A stretch of DNA of 64,000 nucleotides from Balanoglossus misakiensis (taxonomy: Eukaryota > Animalia > Hemichordata), in NCBI GenBank assembly GCA_040954595.2, contig CM082584.2, positions 544,281 through 608,280 of the forward strand, given 5' to 3'. A program made the translations under genes and the position numbers. The first letter of the stretch is position 1, and every line of letters begins with the position of its first letter. A model generated the notes under the pieces. That model ran no database searches. It was given only the letters and a program-made list of their open reading frames with translations, and had not been told where the DNA came from. Shown piece after piece: positions 25,268 through 38,600 of the stretch.

Positions 25268-25728
25268 CATTTGTAAATGTAAATGAAAATTGTAAATGAA
25301 AACTGGATAGTAGCGTACGACTTTGAATTACCAAACACAGTATTCATAGAATAACGGTAACGTTGTCGGCCATTGATTTTAAAGATCTCAATACACCTCC
25401 GACACAGAGAAGGTGTGGCACTCGAGCAGAGTAGGTTTTTTTTTTCTTGCCCTTCTTTTTTGTTCTTTTTGTATTTCTTCTCCTTTTCGTCTTGCCCCCT
25501 TTCCCTGTTTGTTTTTTTCCTCCGGGGAAGGGAGTTTCGTCTCTTCTCAGTCTTCTCTTTTTTTTGGCCCTTTGGGTTTTTTTCTCTCGCCTCTGTCGGC
25601 CCTTAGGGTGTGTTTGTCTTGTTTGTTTGTTGTTTCTTGATGGGTTTATTTCAAAGCGGGACACATCAGTCAATTTTCAGAAATGTTTTTGGAAGCAGTC
25701 GACACAACACATTTCATGACAATTTGAA

Positions 25729-28700
25729 ATGGATTTTTCAGTTTTGACGTTTAATACAAGAGGGCTCCGTAGTTTCAAAAAAAGGAAAAAACTTGGATGT
25801 TGGTTAAATAGTAAGAACCCCACATTTACTTTCTTACAAGAAACCCACAGTGTAAAAGACGATGTTCACTTTTGGTCAACTCAATTTAATGGTCGCTGTT
25901 GGTTTTCGCATGGAACAAACAATAGTAGAGGTGTAATAACAATTATCAATAACCCAAATATTATAGTTAACAATTCTGTAACTGACGATATGGGTAGATT
26001 TATTCTTATTGATGTAAATTTAGACAATACGCCTTGTATACTACTTAATGTATATGCACCCAATATAGAGAAAGAGCATGTAATTTTTCTAGAAGAAATG
26101 TATTTTTTGCTGGTCAAATATGTAACCGATCCCAACACAATTGTCATTTTAGGAGGGGATTTAAATTTCACCTATAATATTGCCCTTGATCGCTCAGGAG
26201 GCAATCCTAAACCATGGGGAAAGTCCATTGCTCTTTTAGATAGGATATCTGACGTCTTCAATTTGATTGATATATGGAGGGTGCGTCATGAAGAAAAGAG
26301 AGGTTTTACCTGGAGAAGGCGCAGGCCTTATATCACTCAGAGTAGACTTGATTATTTTTTCATTTCTAGCGATTTACAGCAACAAATCAGTAGCGTTCAG
26401 ATTATTCCTGGAGTGGATTCCGACCATTCAGCTGTCTCTTTGGTGTATAAATCTTGCCAAAACGAGCGGGGTCCTGGCTACTGGAAGTTTAATTCTAGTT
26501 TAATTTACGACAGTACTTTCAAAACCATTCTGCACGATAATATTGACAAGTGGATTAGTGAATCCACTAGGTTAAATGATGGGGTTCGTTGGGACTTCAT
26601 AAAATTTAAGATTAGAGGTTTTGTGATTGACTACAGCAAAACAGTGGCGAAAAAACGTAGACAGAATTTACAGAATCTTGAACTGTCGGTGAATTTTCTT
26701 GAGGGTCTTTGTTCTAATCATCCTACAGTGCAAAATTACGAGATGCTCGAGTCAGCAAAGAGTGATTTGGAGAAAGTTTATGATTATATTACAGAAGGAG
26801 CGGTCGTAAGATCCAGGATTAATTGGTACGAGAAAGGTGAAAAATGTAACAAGTTCTTTTTAGGTTTGGAAAAGGTAAATAAACGCAACTCGAGTATCAG
26901 CAATTTGAAGAAAGATGAGTATACAATTATAGACAACCCAAAGAATATTTTGTGTGAAATTAAGCAGTTTTATGCCAAGCTTTACTCAAGGTGCGCCACA
27001 AACTCCAACGATGTGCATTATTTCCTGGATGCAAATTTACCAATGTTGTCAGAGAATGATAAAATTTTGTGTGAGGGTCCTTTGACCCCTGGGGAAGTTT
27101 TCTCTGTTCTTCTCTCCCTTCCAGACAACAAAAGCCCCGGCAATGATGGCCTTACAAAAGAATTTTACGTGGCGTTTTGGCCACAGGTGGGGAATTTAGT
27201 TTTGAATTCTCTCAATTATGGTTACAGAACGGGGGAATTTTCAAATTCACAGAAACAGAGTGTCATAACTCTGATTGATAAACCTGGGAAGGATCAACTC
27301 TATCTGAAAAATTGGAGACCAATCTCCCTTATGAATGTTGACATGAAGCTTGCTTCAAAATGCCTTGTTAAACGTATTGAGAAAGTTTTGCCCTGCTTAA
27401 TTGGTGACTCCCAAGCGGCCTTTGTCCGGGGGAGAAACATTGGTGATTATATCCGTTTGATAGATGAGATTTTTCATCACACCTGTAATGCTGATATTCC
27501 AGCAATTTTATTAGCCATAGATTTCGAAAAAGCTTTTGACACTGTAAGTTGGGATTATCTCTACAATACATTGTCATCCTTTAATTTTGGAGTGTCCTTC
27601 ATCAACTGGGTTAAAGCCTTATATTTTAACATTGAAAGCACTGTAATGAACAATGGGTTTGGGACTGGCTATTTTAAGCTTGAGAAGGGAGTGCGCCAAG
27701 GCGACCCTTTGTCACCTATGTTATTTATTCTGGTTTTAGAAACACTCTTGCATTCAATAAGAAATAACCGGCAAATTAGTGGTATCAATATTGGCAGTGT
27801 TGAAATTAAGGAGTCGGCGTTCGCCGACGATATGACCTGTTTTTTATCAAATGAAAACTCTGTAAGAATTGTTTTTGAAATGTTAACTTCCTTTTATAAT
27901 GCTTCTGGTTTGAAAGTCAACAAAGATAAGACAGAAGCTGTTTGGCTTGGGAAATGGAGACTTCGAAAAGATGAGGCGTTCGGGGTAAAGTGGCCCACCC
28001 CTACTATCAAGATTGTGGGGATTCATTTTTCTTATAATGAAAAAATTGCCCAGGAAAAAAATATTGTTACCCCAGTCGAAAATCTAAAAAAGGTCCTCAA
28101 TATGTGGAAAACTAGGAATTTGACCATCATTGGGAAAGTTCAAGTTATTAAGTCATTGGCAATTTCCAAATTAACATATGTGCTTACACATGTAATTTTT
28201 CCTAATGAAGTAATAGGTCGGGTTCATAAGTTAATTTATAATTTTCTCTGGAATGGACAAGACCGGGTTCGCAGGAATGTAATGATAGGGGAGGTGGGCC
28301 AAGGAGGCTTAAAAATGCCCAATTTAGATGTGATGATAAAAACAAAGCAAGTATTACTGATTAAACGCCTGTTGAATGAGGAATGTAAACACCCTTGGAA
28401 ACACATTGTCTTACACAGTTTAGAGAAAGTCGGTGGAAAATTACTTTTTAAATGTAACTTCCGCACCAATCTTTTGCCTGTCCAAGTTTCCAGTTTTATA
28501 AATAATTGTCTTGTCACATGGTCAGAAATCAACATAATTCCAAATACTACAGACCAGGTGATTTGGAACAACAGAAACGTCCTCGTTGGAGGAAAGTCGG
28601 TATTTTATAAGGCTTTTTCTGACGCTGGCTTTAATTTCATCCCTGACATGTTTACAGGTTTTAATAGAGTATCATGGTCTGTATTTGAGCAGAAAGGCCT

Positions 28701-29442
28701 GAATTTAAATCAGAAATTGAAGTGGTTAGGATTGACACTTTCTGTTCCAAACAAGTTAAAAAATTGTACCAAAGCACATAGTGTACATAAGCTTTGTATT
28801 TCATTGAATGGCACAATCTGTAATTTAGACACTTTAACGAAAAAGAGTTTGAAATGTAATTTGAACGACCGTATTATAGAGACTCCAAAAAGTCAAGCAA
28901 CACTGGAAAAAATGTTGAATATATTTAATCTAAACTGGGAAAAAATGTATGACTTCACTTACAAGTTATCAATACATTGTAAGGCTAGAGCTTTTCAATT
29001 TAAATTACTTCACAATATTTTGTATACAAACAAACAGCTAAACAGGTACAATCCACAGAAATTTCCAACTGCTCTTTGTGATTTATGTAAAGTGGAAACA
29101 GAGTCCATCGACCATTTATTTCATAGTTGCAATTGTACTACTGCTCTCTGGAGGGACCTACTGTTTACGTTGGGTATCCCTCTTAAATTGAAAAAACCAC
29201 CATCAGTGTTATGTATGGTTTTGGGTGACCCAAACGAGACTTTTATAGTCAATTTTATAGCAATGCAAGTTAGAATGTACATTTACTACTGTAAATTAAA
29301 TAATCGAATTCCGAATATCACTGGGTTTATTGTTCAGCTCAAAAACATACATGAAATTGAACTTAAGATTGCAACTGCAAATCATAAAATGTATTTTCAT
29401 CTTAAAAAATGGTCATCACTTATGAGGTATATAACAAACTGA
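25729..29442 (+). CDS. L1/Tx1 ORF2 (1237 aa): APE endonuclease, reverse transcriptase, C-terminal CCHC zinc finger
   Basis: FNTRGL, LQETH, NVYAPN, GGDLN, SRLDYF, SDH; KSPGNDG, NWRPISL, DFEKAFD, GVRQGDPLSP, FADD; CDLC..ESIDHLFHSC; uninterrupted. Confidence 0.96.
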   Translation: MDFSVLTFNTRGLRSFKKRKKLGCWLNSKNPTFTFLQETHSVKDDVHFWSTQFNGRCWFSHGTNNSRGVITIINNPNIIVNNSVTDDMGRFILIDVNLDNTPCILLNVYAPNIEKEHVIFLEEMYFLLVKYVTDPNTIVILGGDLNFTYNIALDRSGGNPKPWGKSIALLDRISDVFNLIDIWRVRHEEKRGFTWRRRRPYITQSRLDYFFISSDLQQQISSVQIIPGVDSDHSAVSLVYKSCQNERGPGYWKFNSSLIYDSTFKTILHDNIDKWISESTRLNDGVRWDFIKFKIRGFVIDYSKTVAKKRRQNLQNLELSVNFLEGLCSNHPTVQNYEMLESAKSDLEKVYDYITEGAVVRSRINWYEKGEKCNKFFLGLEKVNKRNSSISNLKKDEYTIIDNPKNILCEIKQFYAKLYSRCATNSNDVHYFLDANLPMLSENDKILCEGPLTPGEVFSVLLSLPDNKSPGNDGLTKEFYVAFWPQVGNLVLNSLNYGYRTGEFSNSQKQSVITLIDKPGKDQLYLKNWRPISLMNVDMKLASKCLVKRIEKVLPCLIGDSQAAFVRGRNIGDYIRLIDEIFHHTCNADIPAILLAIDFEKAFDTVSWDYLYNTLSSFNFGVSFINWVKALYFNIESTVMNNGFGTGYFKLEKGVRQGDPLSPMLFILVLETLLHSIRNNRQISGINIGSVEIKESAFADDMTCFLSNENSVRIVFEMLTSFYNASGLKVNKDKTEAVWLGKWRLRKDEAFGVKWPTPTIKIVGIHFSYNEKIAQEKNIVTPVENLKKVLNMWKTRNLTIIGKVQVIKSLAISKLTYVLTHVIFPNEVIGRVHKLIYNFLWNGQDRVRRNVMIGEVGQGGLKMPNLDVMIKTKQVLLIKRLLNEECKHPWKHIVLHSLEKVGGKLLFKCNFRTNLLPVQVSSFINNCLVTWSEINIIPNTTDQVIWNNRNVLVGGKSVFYKAFSDAGFNFIPDMFTGFNRVSWSVFEQKGLNLNQKLKWLGLTLSVPNKLKNCTKAHSVHKLCISLNGTICNLDTLTKKSLKCNLNDRIIETPKSQATLEKMLNIFNLNWEKMYDFTYKLSIHCKARAFQFKLLHNILYTNKQLNRYNPQKFPTALCDLCKVETESIDHLFHSCNCTTALWRDLLFTLGIPLKLKKPPSVLCMVLGDPNETFIVNFIAMQVRMYIYYCKLNNRIPNITGFIVQLKNIHEIELKIATANHKMYFHLKKWSSLMRYITN

Positions 29443-29512
29443 GAATACCAGATTGTTTTGTTTTTTTTTCTCTTCTTTCCATTAAGTTATGCTTCCAAAA
29501 AATAATTGTCAA

Positions 29513-29543
<31 letters not shown>

Positions 29544-29609
29544 TACTTATGTATCAAAATGACTGTTTGTGTTCCCAATAAAAAGTATTAAAAAAAAAAA
29601 AAAAAAAAA

Positions 29610-32600
29610 GTCACAGCGGGTCAACACTCGACATTTGTTCCGGTAGGACTGCATTATTGCCTGTCAATTTATAGAGAAAGCCCAAATTTAACCAGGGCGT
29701 TTCAAACACCGACGTTAGTTGGGGGCACGGCCTGCAGTACTGCCGGGTAAGCTGACATCAGCGTACCGCATATAATGTAGGGGGGGGGGGAACAGAACGG
29801 TTAAATACTACATTTATCAGATATCAGCTAATTTTGGACAATCATCTAAAATGTAAATCATCTTTTCATATTTGGATATCTGATGATGTATGACATTTCC
29901 ATTATATGTAAAAATGGTGCTGATTATAAAAATGCACTCTGAATGAGCTGATTTAATGCAAAATTGCGTTTTATTCGTTTTTGCACCAAAAAGGTCATTT
30001 TTAGGCAAAACATTCTTTATTTTTTTAATTCGGTGACCTGATCATATATAAACAATTGCTTGTATGTTAAAAGTTTTTATGACTTTTAAAAGCAGTGACA
30101 CTGGCGGCATTCAACACGAAAATAACAATTTTAGCCACAATTTGGTCAAAATGGTAAATTTTTGAAAATTACAAAAAATACCTGTTTTCTACATTTTCGG
30201 AAATCTGATGGAGTATAGAATGCTCTTCGTATGTATATATCGATACAAATTCCACAAAAGACCGTCTAATTTGGCTCACTGCAGACAAAATTGCGTTTTA
30301 CAAAATTTTCCTTGAAAATGTCATTTTTAGAAAAAAAAAATAAAAAAACCTTTTATCTTCGAATTTGGTGCCCTGATCATATATGACATGTTGATTGTAT
30401 GTTAAAACTTTCCAAAAATGCAGAGATATTGACGGAATTCAAGAAAAAATAGCCATTTTGGCCATATTTTGACAAAAATGGTAAATTTTTAAAAAATCAT
30501 AAAAAATTAACTCTTTTCTTCATTTTCGGAAATATTATGGAGCATGATGTGTCGTTCTCTTGTAAAAAGTGCTGCAAATTCCAGAAAAGGCGGTATAATT
30601 TGAATCACCCAAGACAAAATTACCATTTTCGACTTTTTTTCGAAAAATTGTCTTTTTTACAAAATAAATAAGAATTAATTCTTTTCTTAGTTTCAAACGG
30701 GTAGAGATACTTTCCACACGGGTTTTCTAACATTGAATTCCCGTTCATTAACTCAGATTTCCTACAGCATAAGTCGGCTAAAACCCTGAGACTTTAGAGC
30801 AGAAACAGTTGCACACTGGTAACGTTGAACAAGTCGATTTTTCTACGGCCTGGCTCGGCTAAATCTCCGTCACAATATGACAGACACTATCGTACGTTAG
30901 CAACGGTGATCAAGTCAGATTTTCAACGGCATGGGTTGGATAAAGCCCCGGCACTCTAGAGCAGAAACACGCGTACAGAGACCACGTTGATCAAGTCTGA
31001 TCTCCTACGGCTTGGCTCGACTAAAACCCCGGCACACTATGACAGACACTAGCGTTCGTTAGCAACGTTGATCAAGTCAGATTTCCTACGGCATGGCTTT
31101 GCTAAAGCCCTGACACTCAAGAGCAGAAACACGCGTACAGAGACCACGTTGATCTACTCACATTTCCTTCGGCCTGGCACGGCTGATGCCCCGGCACTAT
31201 ATATAGGACACAGACTGGCGTAAGTTAACAACGGTAATCACGTCGGGTTTCCTACGGCCTGGCTCAGCTGAAGCCCCGGCACTCTAGAGCAGAAACAGGC
31301 GTACATTGACCACGTTGATCAAGTCAGATTTCCTACGGCGTGACTCGGCTGGTGCACCGGCTCTATATGACACAGACTGGCGTAAGTTATCAACGGTGAT
31401 TACGTCGGATTTCCTACGGCCTGGTTTAGCTGAAGCCCCGGCACTTTAGAGCGGAAACACGCGTACATTGACCACGATGATCAAGTCAGATCTCCTACGG
31501 CCTGGCTCGACTAAAACCCCGGCACACCATGACAGACATTAGCGTTCGTTAGCAACGGTGATCAAGTCGGATTTCCTTCGGCCTGGCTCTGTAAAAGACC
31601 CGACACTCTAGTACAAAGACGTTGGCTAAGTCGGGCAAACCGAACAGGGAAAGTCACAGCGGGTCAACACTCGACATTTGTTCCGGTAGGACTGCATTAT
31701 TGCCTATCAATTTATAGAGAAAGCCCGAATTTAACCAGGGCGTTTCAAACACCGACGTTAGTTGGGGGCACGGCCTGCAGTACTGCCGGGTAAGCTGACA
31801 TCAGCGTACCGCATATAATGTAGGGGGGGGGGGGGGACAGAACGGTTAAATACTACATTTATCAGATATCAGCTAATTTTGGACAATCATCTAAAATGTA
31901 AATCATCTTTTCATATTTTGATATCTGATGATGTATGACATTTCCATTATATGTAAAAATGGTGCTGATTATAAAAATGCACTCTGAATGAGCTGATTTA
32001 ATGCAAAATTGCGTTTATTTCGTTTTTGCACCAAAAAGGTCATTTTTAGGCAAAACATTCTTTATTTTTTTAATTCGGTGACCTGATCATATATAAACAA
32101 TTGCTTGTATGTTAAAAGTTTTTATGACTTTTAAAAGCAGTGACACTGGCGGCATTCAACACGAAAATAACAATTTTAGCCACAATTTGGTCAAAATGGT
32201 AAATTTTTGAAAATTACAAAAAATACCTGTTTTCTACATTTTCGGAAATCTGATGGAGTATAGAATGCTCTTCGTACGTATATATCGATACAAATTCCAC
32301 AAAAGACCGTCTAATTTGGCTCACTGCAGACAAAATTGCGTTTTACAAAATTTTCCTTGAAAATGTCATTTTTAGAAAAAAAAAATAAAAAAACCTTTTA
32401 TCTTCGAATTTGGTGCCCTGATCATATATGACATGTTGATTGTATGTTAAAACTTTCGACCACTCCAAAAATGCAGAGATATTGACGGAATTCAAGAAAA
32501 AATAGCCATTTTGGCCATATTTTGACAAAAATGGTAAATTTTTAAAAAATCATAAAAAATTAACTCTTTTCTTCATTTTCGGAAATATTATGGAGCATGA

Positions 32601-35600
32601 AGTGTCGTTCTCTTGTAAAAAGTGCTGCAAATTCCAGAAAAGGCGGTATAATTTGAATCACCCAAGACAAAATTACCATTTTCGACTTTTTTTCGAAAAA
32701 TTGTCTTTTTTACAAAATAAATAAGAATTAATTCTTTTCTTAGTTTCAAACGGGTAGAGATACTTTCCACACGGGTTTTCTAACATTGAATTCCCGTTCA
32801 TCAACTCAGATTTCCTACAGCATAAGTCGGCTAAAACCCTGAGACTTTAGAGCAGAAACAGTTGCACACTGGTAACGTTGAACAAGTCGATTTTTCTACG
32901 GCCTGGCTCGGCTAAATCTCCGTCACAATATGACAGACACTATCGTACGTTAGCAACGGTGATCAAGTCAGATTTTCAACGGCATGGGTTGGATAAAGCC
33001 CCGGCACTCTAGAGCAGAAACACGCGTACAGAGACCACGTTGATCAAGTCTGATCTCCTACGGCTTGGCTCGACTAAAACCCCGGCACACTATGACAGAC
33101 ACTAGCGTTCGTTAGCAACGTTGATCAAGTCAGATTTCCTACGGCATGGCTTTGCTAAAGCCCTGACACTCTAGAGCAGAAACACGCGTACAGAGACCAC
33201 GTTGATCTACTCACATTTCCTTCGGCCTGGCACGGCTGATGCCCCGGCACTATATATAGGACACAGACTGGCGTAAGTTAACAACGGTAATCACGTCGGG
33301 TTTCCTACGGCCTGGCTCAGCTGAAGCCCCGGCACTCTAGAGCAGAAACAGGCGTACATTGACCACGTTGATCAAGTCAGATTTCCTACGGCGTGACTCG
33401 GCTGGTGCACCGGCTCTATATGACACAGACTGGCGTAAGTTATCAACGGTGATTACGTCGGATTTCCTACGGCCTGGTTTAGCTGAAGCCCCGGCACTTT
33501 AGAGCGGAAACACGCGTACATTGACCACGATGATCAAGTCAGATCTCCTACGGCCTGGCTCGATTAAAACCCCGGCACACCATGACAGACACTAGCGTTC
33601 GTTAGCAACGGTGATCAAGTCGGATTTCCTTCGGCCTGGCTCTGCAAAAGACCCGACACTCTAGTACAAAGACGTTGGCTAAGTCGGGCAAACCGAACAG
33701 GGAAAGTCACAGCGGGTCAACACTCGACATTTGTTCCGGTAGGACTGCATTATTGCCTGTCAATTTATAGAGAAAGCCCGAATTTAACCAGGGCGTTTTA
33801 AACACCGACGTTAGTTGGGGGCACGGCCTGCAGTACTGCCGGGTAAGCTGACATCAGCGTACCGCATATAATGTAGGGGGGGGGGGACAGAACGGTTAAA
33901 TACTACATTTATCAGATATCAGCTAATTTTGGACAATCATCTAAAATGTAAATCATCTTTTCATATTTGGATATCTGATGATGTATGAAATTTCCAATAT
34001 ATGTAAAAATGGTGCTGATTATAAAAAATGCACTCTGAATGAGCTGATTTAATACAAAATTGCGTTTTATTCGTTTTTGCACCAAAAAGGTCATTTTTAG
34101 GCAAAACATTCTTTATTTTTTTAATTCGGTGACCTGATCATATATAAGCAATTGCTTGTATGTTAAAAGTTTTTATGACTTTTAAAAGCAGTGACACTGG
34201 CGGCATTCAACACGAAAATAACAATTTTAACCACAATTTGGTCAAAATGGTAAATTTTTGAAAATTACAAAAAATACCTGTTTTCTACATTTTCGGAAAT
34301 CTGATGGAGTATAGAATGCTCTTCGTATATATATATCGATACAAATTCCACAAAAGACCGTCTAATTTGGCTCACTGCAGACAAAATTGCGTTTTACCAA
34401 ATTTTCCTTGAAAATGTCATTTTTAGAAAAATAAAATAAAAAAACCTTCGTTCTTCGAATTTGGTGCCCTGATCATATATGATATGTTGATTGTATGTTA
34501 AAACTTTCGACCACTCCAAAAATGCAGAGATATTGACGGAATTCAAGAAAAAATAGCCATTTTGGCCATATTTTGACAAAATGGTACATTTTTAAAAAAT
34601 CATAAAAAATAAACTCTTTTCTACATTTTCGGAAATATTATGGAGCATGAAGTGTCGTTCTCTTGTAAAAAGTGCTGCAAATTCCAGAAAATGTGGTATA
34701 ATTTGAATCACCCAAGACAAAATTACCATTTTCGACTTGTTTTCGAAAAATTGTCTTTTTTACAAAATAAATAAGAATAAATTCTTTTCTTAGTTTCAAA
34801 CGGGTAGAGATACTTTCCACACGGGTTTTCTAACATTGAATTCCCGTTTATCAACTCAGATTTCCTACAGCATAAGTCGGCTAAAACCCTGACACTCTAG
34901 AGCAGAAACAGTTGCACACTGATAACGTTGAACAAGTCGATTTTTCTACGGCCTGGCACGGCTAAATCTCGTCACAATATGACAGACACTAGCGTACGTT
35001 AGCAACGGTGATCAAGTCAGATTTTCAACGGCATGGGTTGGATAAAGCCCCGGCACTCTAGAGCAGAAACACGCGTACAGAGACCACGTTGATCAAGTCT
35101 GATCTCCTACGGCTTGGCTCGACTAAAACCCCGGCACACTATGACAGACACTAGCGTTCGTTAGCAACGTTGATCAAGTCAGATTTCCTACGGCATGGCT
35201 CAGCTGAAGCCCCGGCACTCTAGAGCAGAAACAGGCGTACATTGACCACGTTGATCAAGTCAGATTTCCTACGGCGTGACTCGGCTGGTGCACCGGCTCT
35301 ATATGACACAGACTGGCGTAAGTTATCAACGGTGATTACGTCGGATTTCCTACGGCCTGGTTTAGCTGAAGCCCCGGCACTTTAGAGCGGAAACACGCGT
35401 ACATTGACCACGATGATCAAGTCAGATCTCCTACGGCCTGGCTCGACTAAAACCCCGGCACACCATGACAGACACTAGCGTTCGTTAGCAACGGTGATCA
35501 AGTCGGATTTCCTTCGGCCTGGCTCTGCAAAAGACCCGACACTCTAGTACAAAGACGTTGGCTAAGTCGGGCAAACCGAACAGGGAAAGTCACAGCGGGT

Positions 35601-38600
35601 CAACACTCGACATTTGTTCCGGTAGGACTGCTTTATTGCCTGTCAATTTATAGAGAAAGCCCGAATTTAACCAGGGCGTTTCAAACACCGACGTTAGTTG
35701 GGGGCACGGCCTGCAGTACTGCCGGGTAAGCTGACATCAGCGTACCGCATATAATGTAGGGGGGGGGGGGAACAGAACGGTTAAATACTACATTTATCAG
35801 ATATCAGCTAATTTTGGACAATCATCTAAAATGTAAATCATCTTTTCATATTTGGATATCTGATGATGTATGAAATTTCCAATATATGTAAAAATGGTGC
35901 TGATTATAAAAAATGCACTCTGAATGAGCTGATTTAATACAAAATTGCGTTTTATTCGTTTTTGCACCAAAAAGGTCATTTTTAGGCAAAACATTCTTTA
36001 TTTTTTTAATTCGGTGACCTGATCATATATAAGCAATTGCTTGCATGTTAAAAGTTTTTATGACTTTTAAAAGCAGTGACACTGGCGGCATTCAACACGA
36101 AAATAACAATTTTAACCACAATTTGGTCAAAATGGTAAATTTTTGAAAATTACAAAAAATACCTGTTTTCTACATTTTCGGAAATCTGATGGAGTATAGA
36201 ATGCTCTTCGTATATATATATCGATACAAATTCCACAAAAGACCGTCTAATTTGGCTCACTGCAGACAAAATTGCGTTTTACCAAATTTTCCTTGAAAAT
36301 GTCATTTTTAGAAAAATAAAATAAAAAAACCTTCGTTCTTCGAATTTGGTGCCCTGATCATATATGATATGTTGATTGTATGTTAAAACTTTCGACCACT
36401 CCAAAAATGCAGAGATATTGACGGAATTCAAGAAAAAATAGCCATTTTGGCCATATTTTGACAAAATGGTACATTTTTAAAAAATCATAAAAAATAAACT
36501 CTTTTCTTCATTTTCGGAAAAATTATGGAGCATGAAGTGTCGTTCTCTTGTAAAAAGTGCTGCAAATTCCAGAAAATGTGGTGTAATTTGAATCACCCAA
36601 GGCAAAATTACCATTTTCGACTTGTTTTCGAAAAATTGTCTTTTTTACAAAATAAATAAGAATAAATTCTTTTCTTAGTTTCAAACGGGTAGAGATACTT
36701 TCCACACGGGTTTTCTAACATTGAATTCCCGTTTATCAACTCAGATTTCCTACAGCATAAGTCGGCTAAAACCCTGACACTCTAGAGCAGAAACAGTTGC
36801 ACACTGATAACGTTGAACAAGTCGATTTTTCTACGGCCTGGCACGGCTAAATCTCGTCACAATATGACAGACACTAGCGTACGTTAGCAACGGTGATCAA
36901 GTCAGATTTTCAACGGCATGGGTTGGATAAAGCCCCGGCACTCTAGAGCAGAAACACGCGTACAGAGACCACGTTGATCAAGTCTGATCTCCTACGGCTT
37001 GGCTCGACTAAAACCCCGGCACACTATGACAGACACTAGCGTTCGTTAGCAACGTTGATCAAGTCAGATTTCCTACGGCATGGCTTTGCTAAAGCCCTGA
37101 CACTCTAGAGCAGAAACACGCGTACAGAGACCACGTTGATCTACTCACATTTCCTTCGGCCTGGCACGGCTGATGCCCCGGCACTATATATAGGACACAG
37201 ACTGGCGTAAGTTAACAACGGTAATCACGTCGGGTTTCCTACGGCCTGGCTCAGCTGAAGCCCCGGCACTCTAGAGCAGAAACAGGCGTACATTGACCAC
37301 GTTGATCAAGTCAGATTTCCTACGGCGTGACTCGGCTGGTGCACCGGCTCTATATGACACAGACTGGCGTAAGTTATCAACGGTGATTACGTCGGATTTC
37401 CTACGGCCTGGTTTAGCTGAAGCCCCGGCACTTTAGAGCGGAAACACGCGTACATTGACCACGATGATCAAGTCAGATCTCCTACGGCCTGGCTCGACTA
37501 AAACCCCGGCACACCATGACAGACACTAGCGTTCGTTAGCAACGGTGATCAAGTCGGATTTCCTTCGGCCTGGCTCTGCAAAAGACCCGACACTCTAGTA
37601 CAAAGACGTTGGCTAAGTCGGGCAAACCGAACAGGGAAAGTCACAGCGGGTCAACACTCGACATTTGTTCCGGTAGGACTGCTTTATTGCCTGTCAATTT
37701 ATAGAGAAAGCCCGAATTTAACCAGGGCGTTTCAAACACCGACGTTAGTTGGGGGCACGGCCTGCAGTACTGCCGGGTAAGCTGACATCAGCGTACCGCA
37801 TATAATGTAGGGGGGGGGGGGAACAGAACGGTTAAATACTACATTTATCAGATATCAGCTAATTTTGGACAATCATCTAAAATGTAAATCATCTTTTCAT
37901 ATTTGGATATCTGATGATGTATGAAATTTCCAATATATGTAAAAATGGTGCTGATTATAAAAAATGCACTCTGAATGAGCTGATTTAATACAAAATTGCG
38001 TTTTATTCGTTTTTGCACCAAAAAGGTCATTTTTAGGCAAAACATTCTTTATTTTTTTAATTCGGTGACCTGATCATATATAAGCAATTGCTTGCATGTT
38101 AAAAGTTTTTATGACTTTTAAAAGCAGTGACACTGGCGGCATTCAACACGAAAATAACAATTTTAACCACAATTTGGTCAAAATGGTAAATTTTTGAAAA
38201 TTACAAAAAATACCTGTTTTCTACATTTTCGGAAATCTGATGGAGTATAGAATGCTTTTCGTATATATATATCGATACAAATTCCACAAAAGACCGTCTA
38301 ATTTGGCTCACTGCAGACAAAATTGCGTTTTACCAAATTTTCCTTGAAAATGTCATTTTTAGAAAAATAAAATAAAAAAACCTTCGTTCTTCGAATTTGG
38401 TGCCCTGATCATATATGATATGTTGATTGTATGTTAAAACTTTCGACCACTCCAAAAATGCAGAGATATTGACGGAATTCAAGAAAAAATAGTCATTTTG
38501 GCCATATTTTGACAAAATGGTACATTTTTAAAAAATCATAAAAAATAAACTCTTTTCTTCATTTTCGGAAAAATTATGGAGCATGAAGTGTCGTTCTCTT

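Larger units (their letters stand above)
24981..29609 (+). mobile_element. L1/Tx1-clade LINE, 5'-truncated in ORF1, intact ORF2, poly(A) tail, 14-17 bp TSD
   Basis: TSD (aaa)gtcacagcgggtca at 24964-24980 and 29607-29623; AATAAA at ~29577 followed by poly(A). Confidence 0.95.

Noticed and set aside
25344-25719. Lys/Arg-rich and Phe/Leu-rich ORFs between Tx1 ORF1 and ORF2
   Set aside because: Artefacts of the pyrimidine-rich inter-ORF spacer
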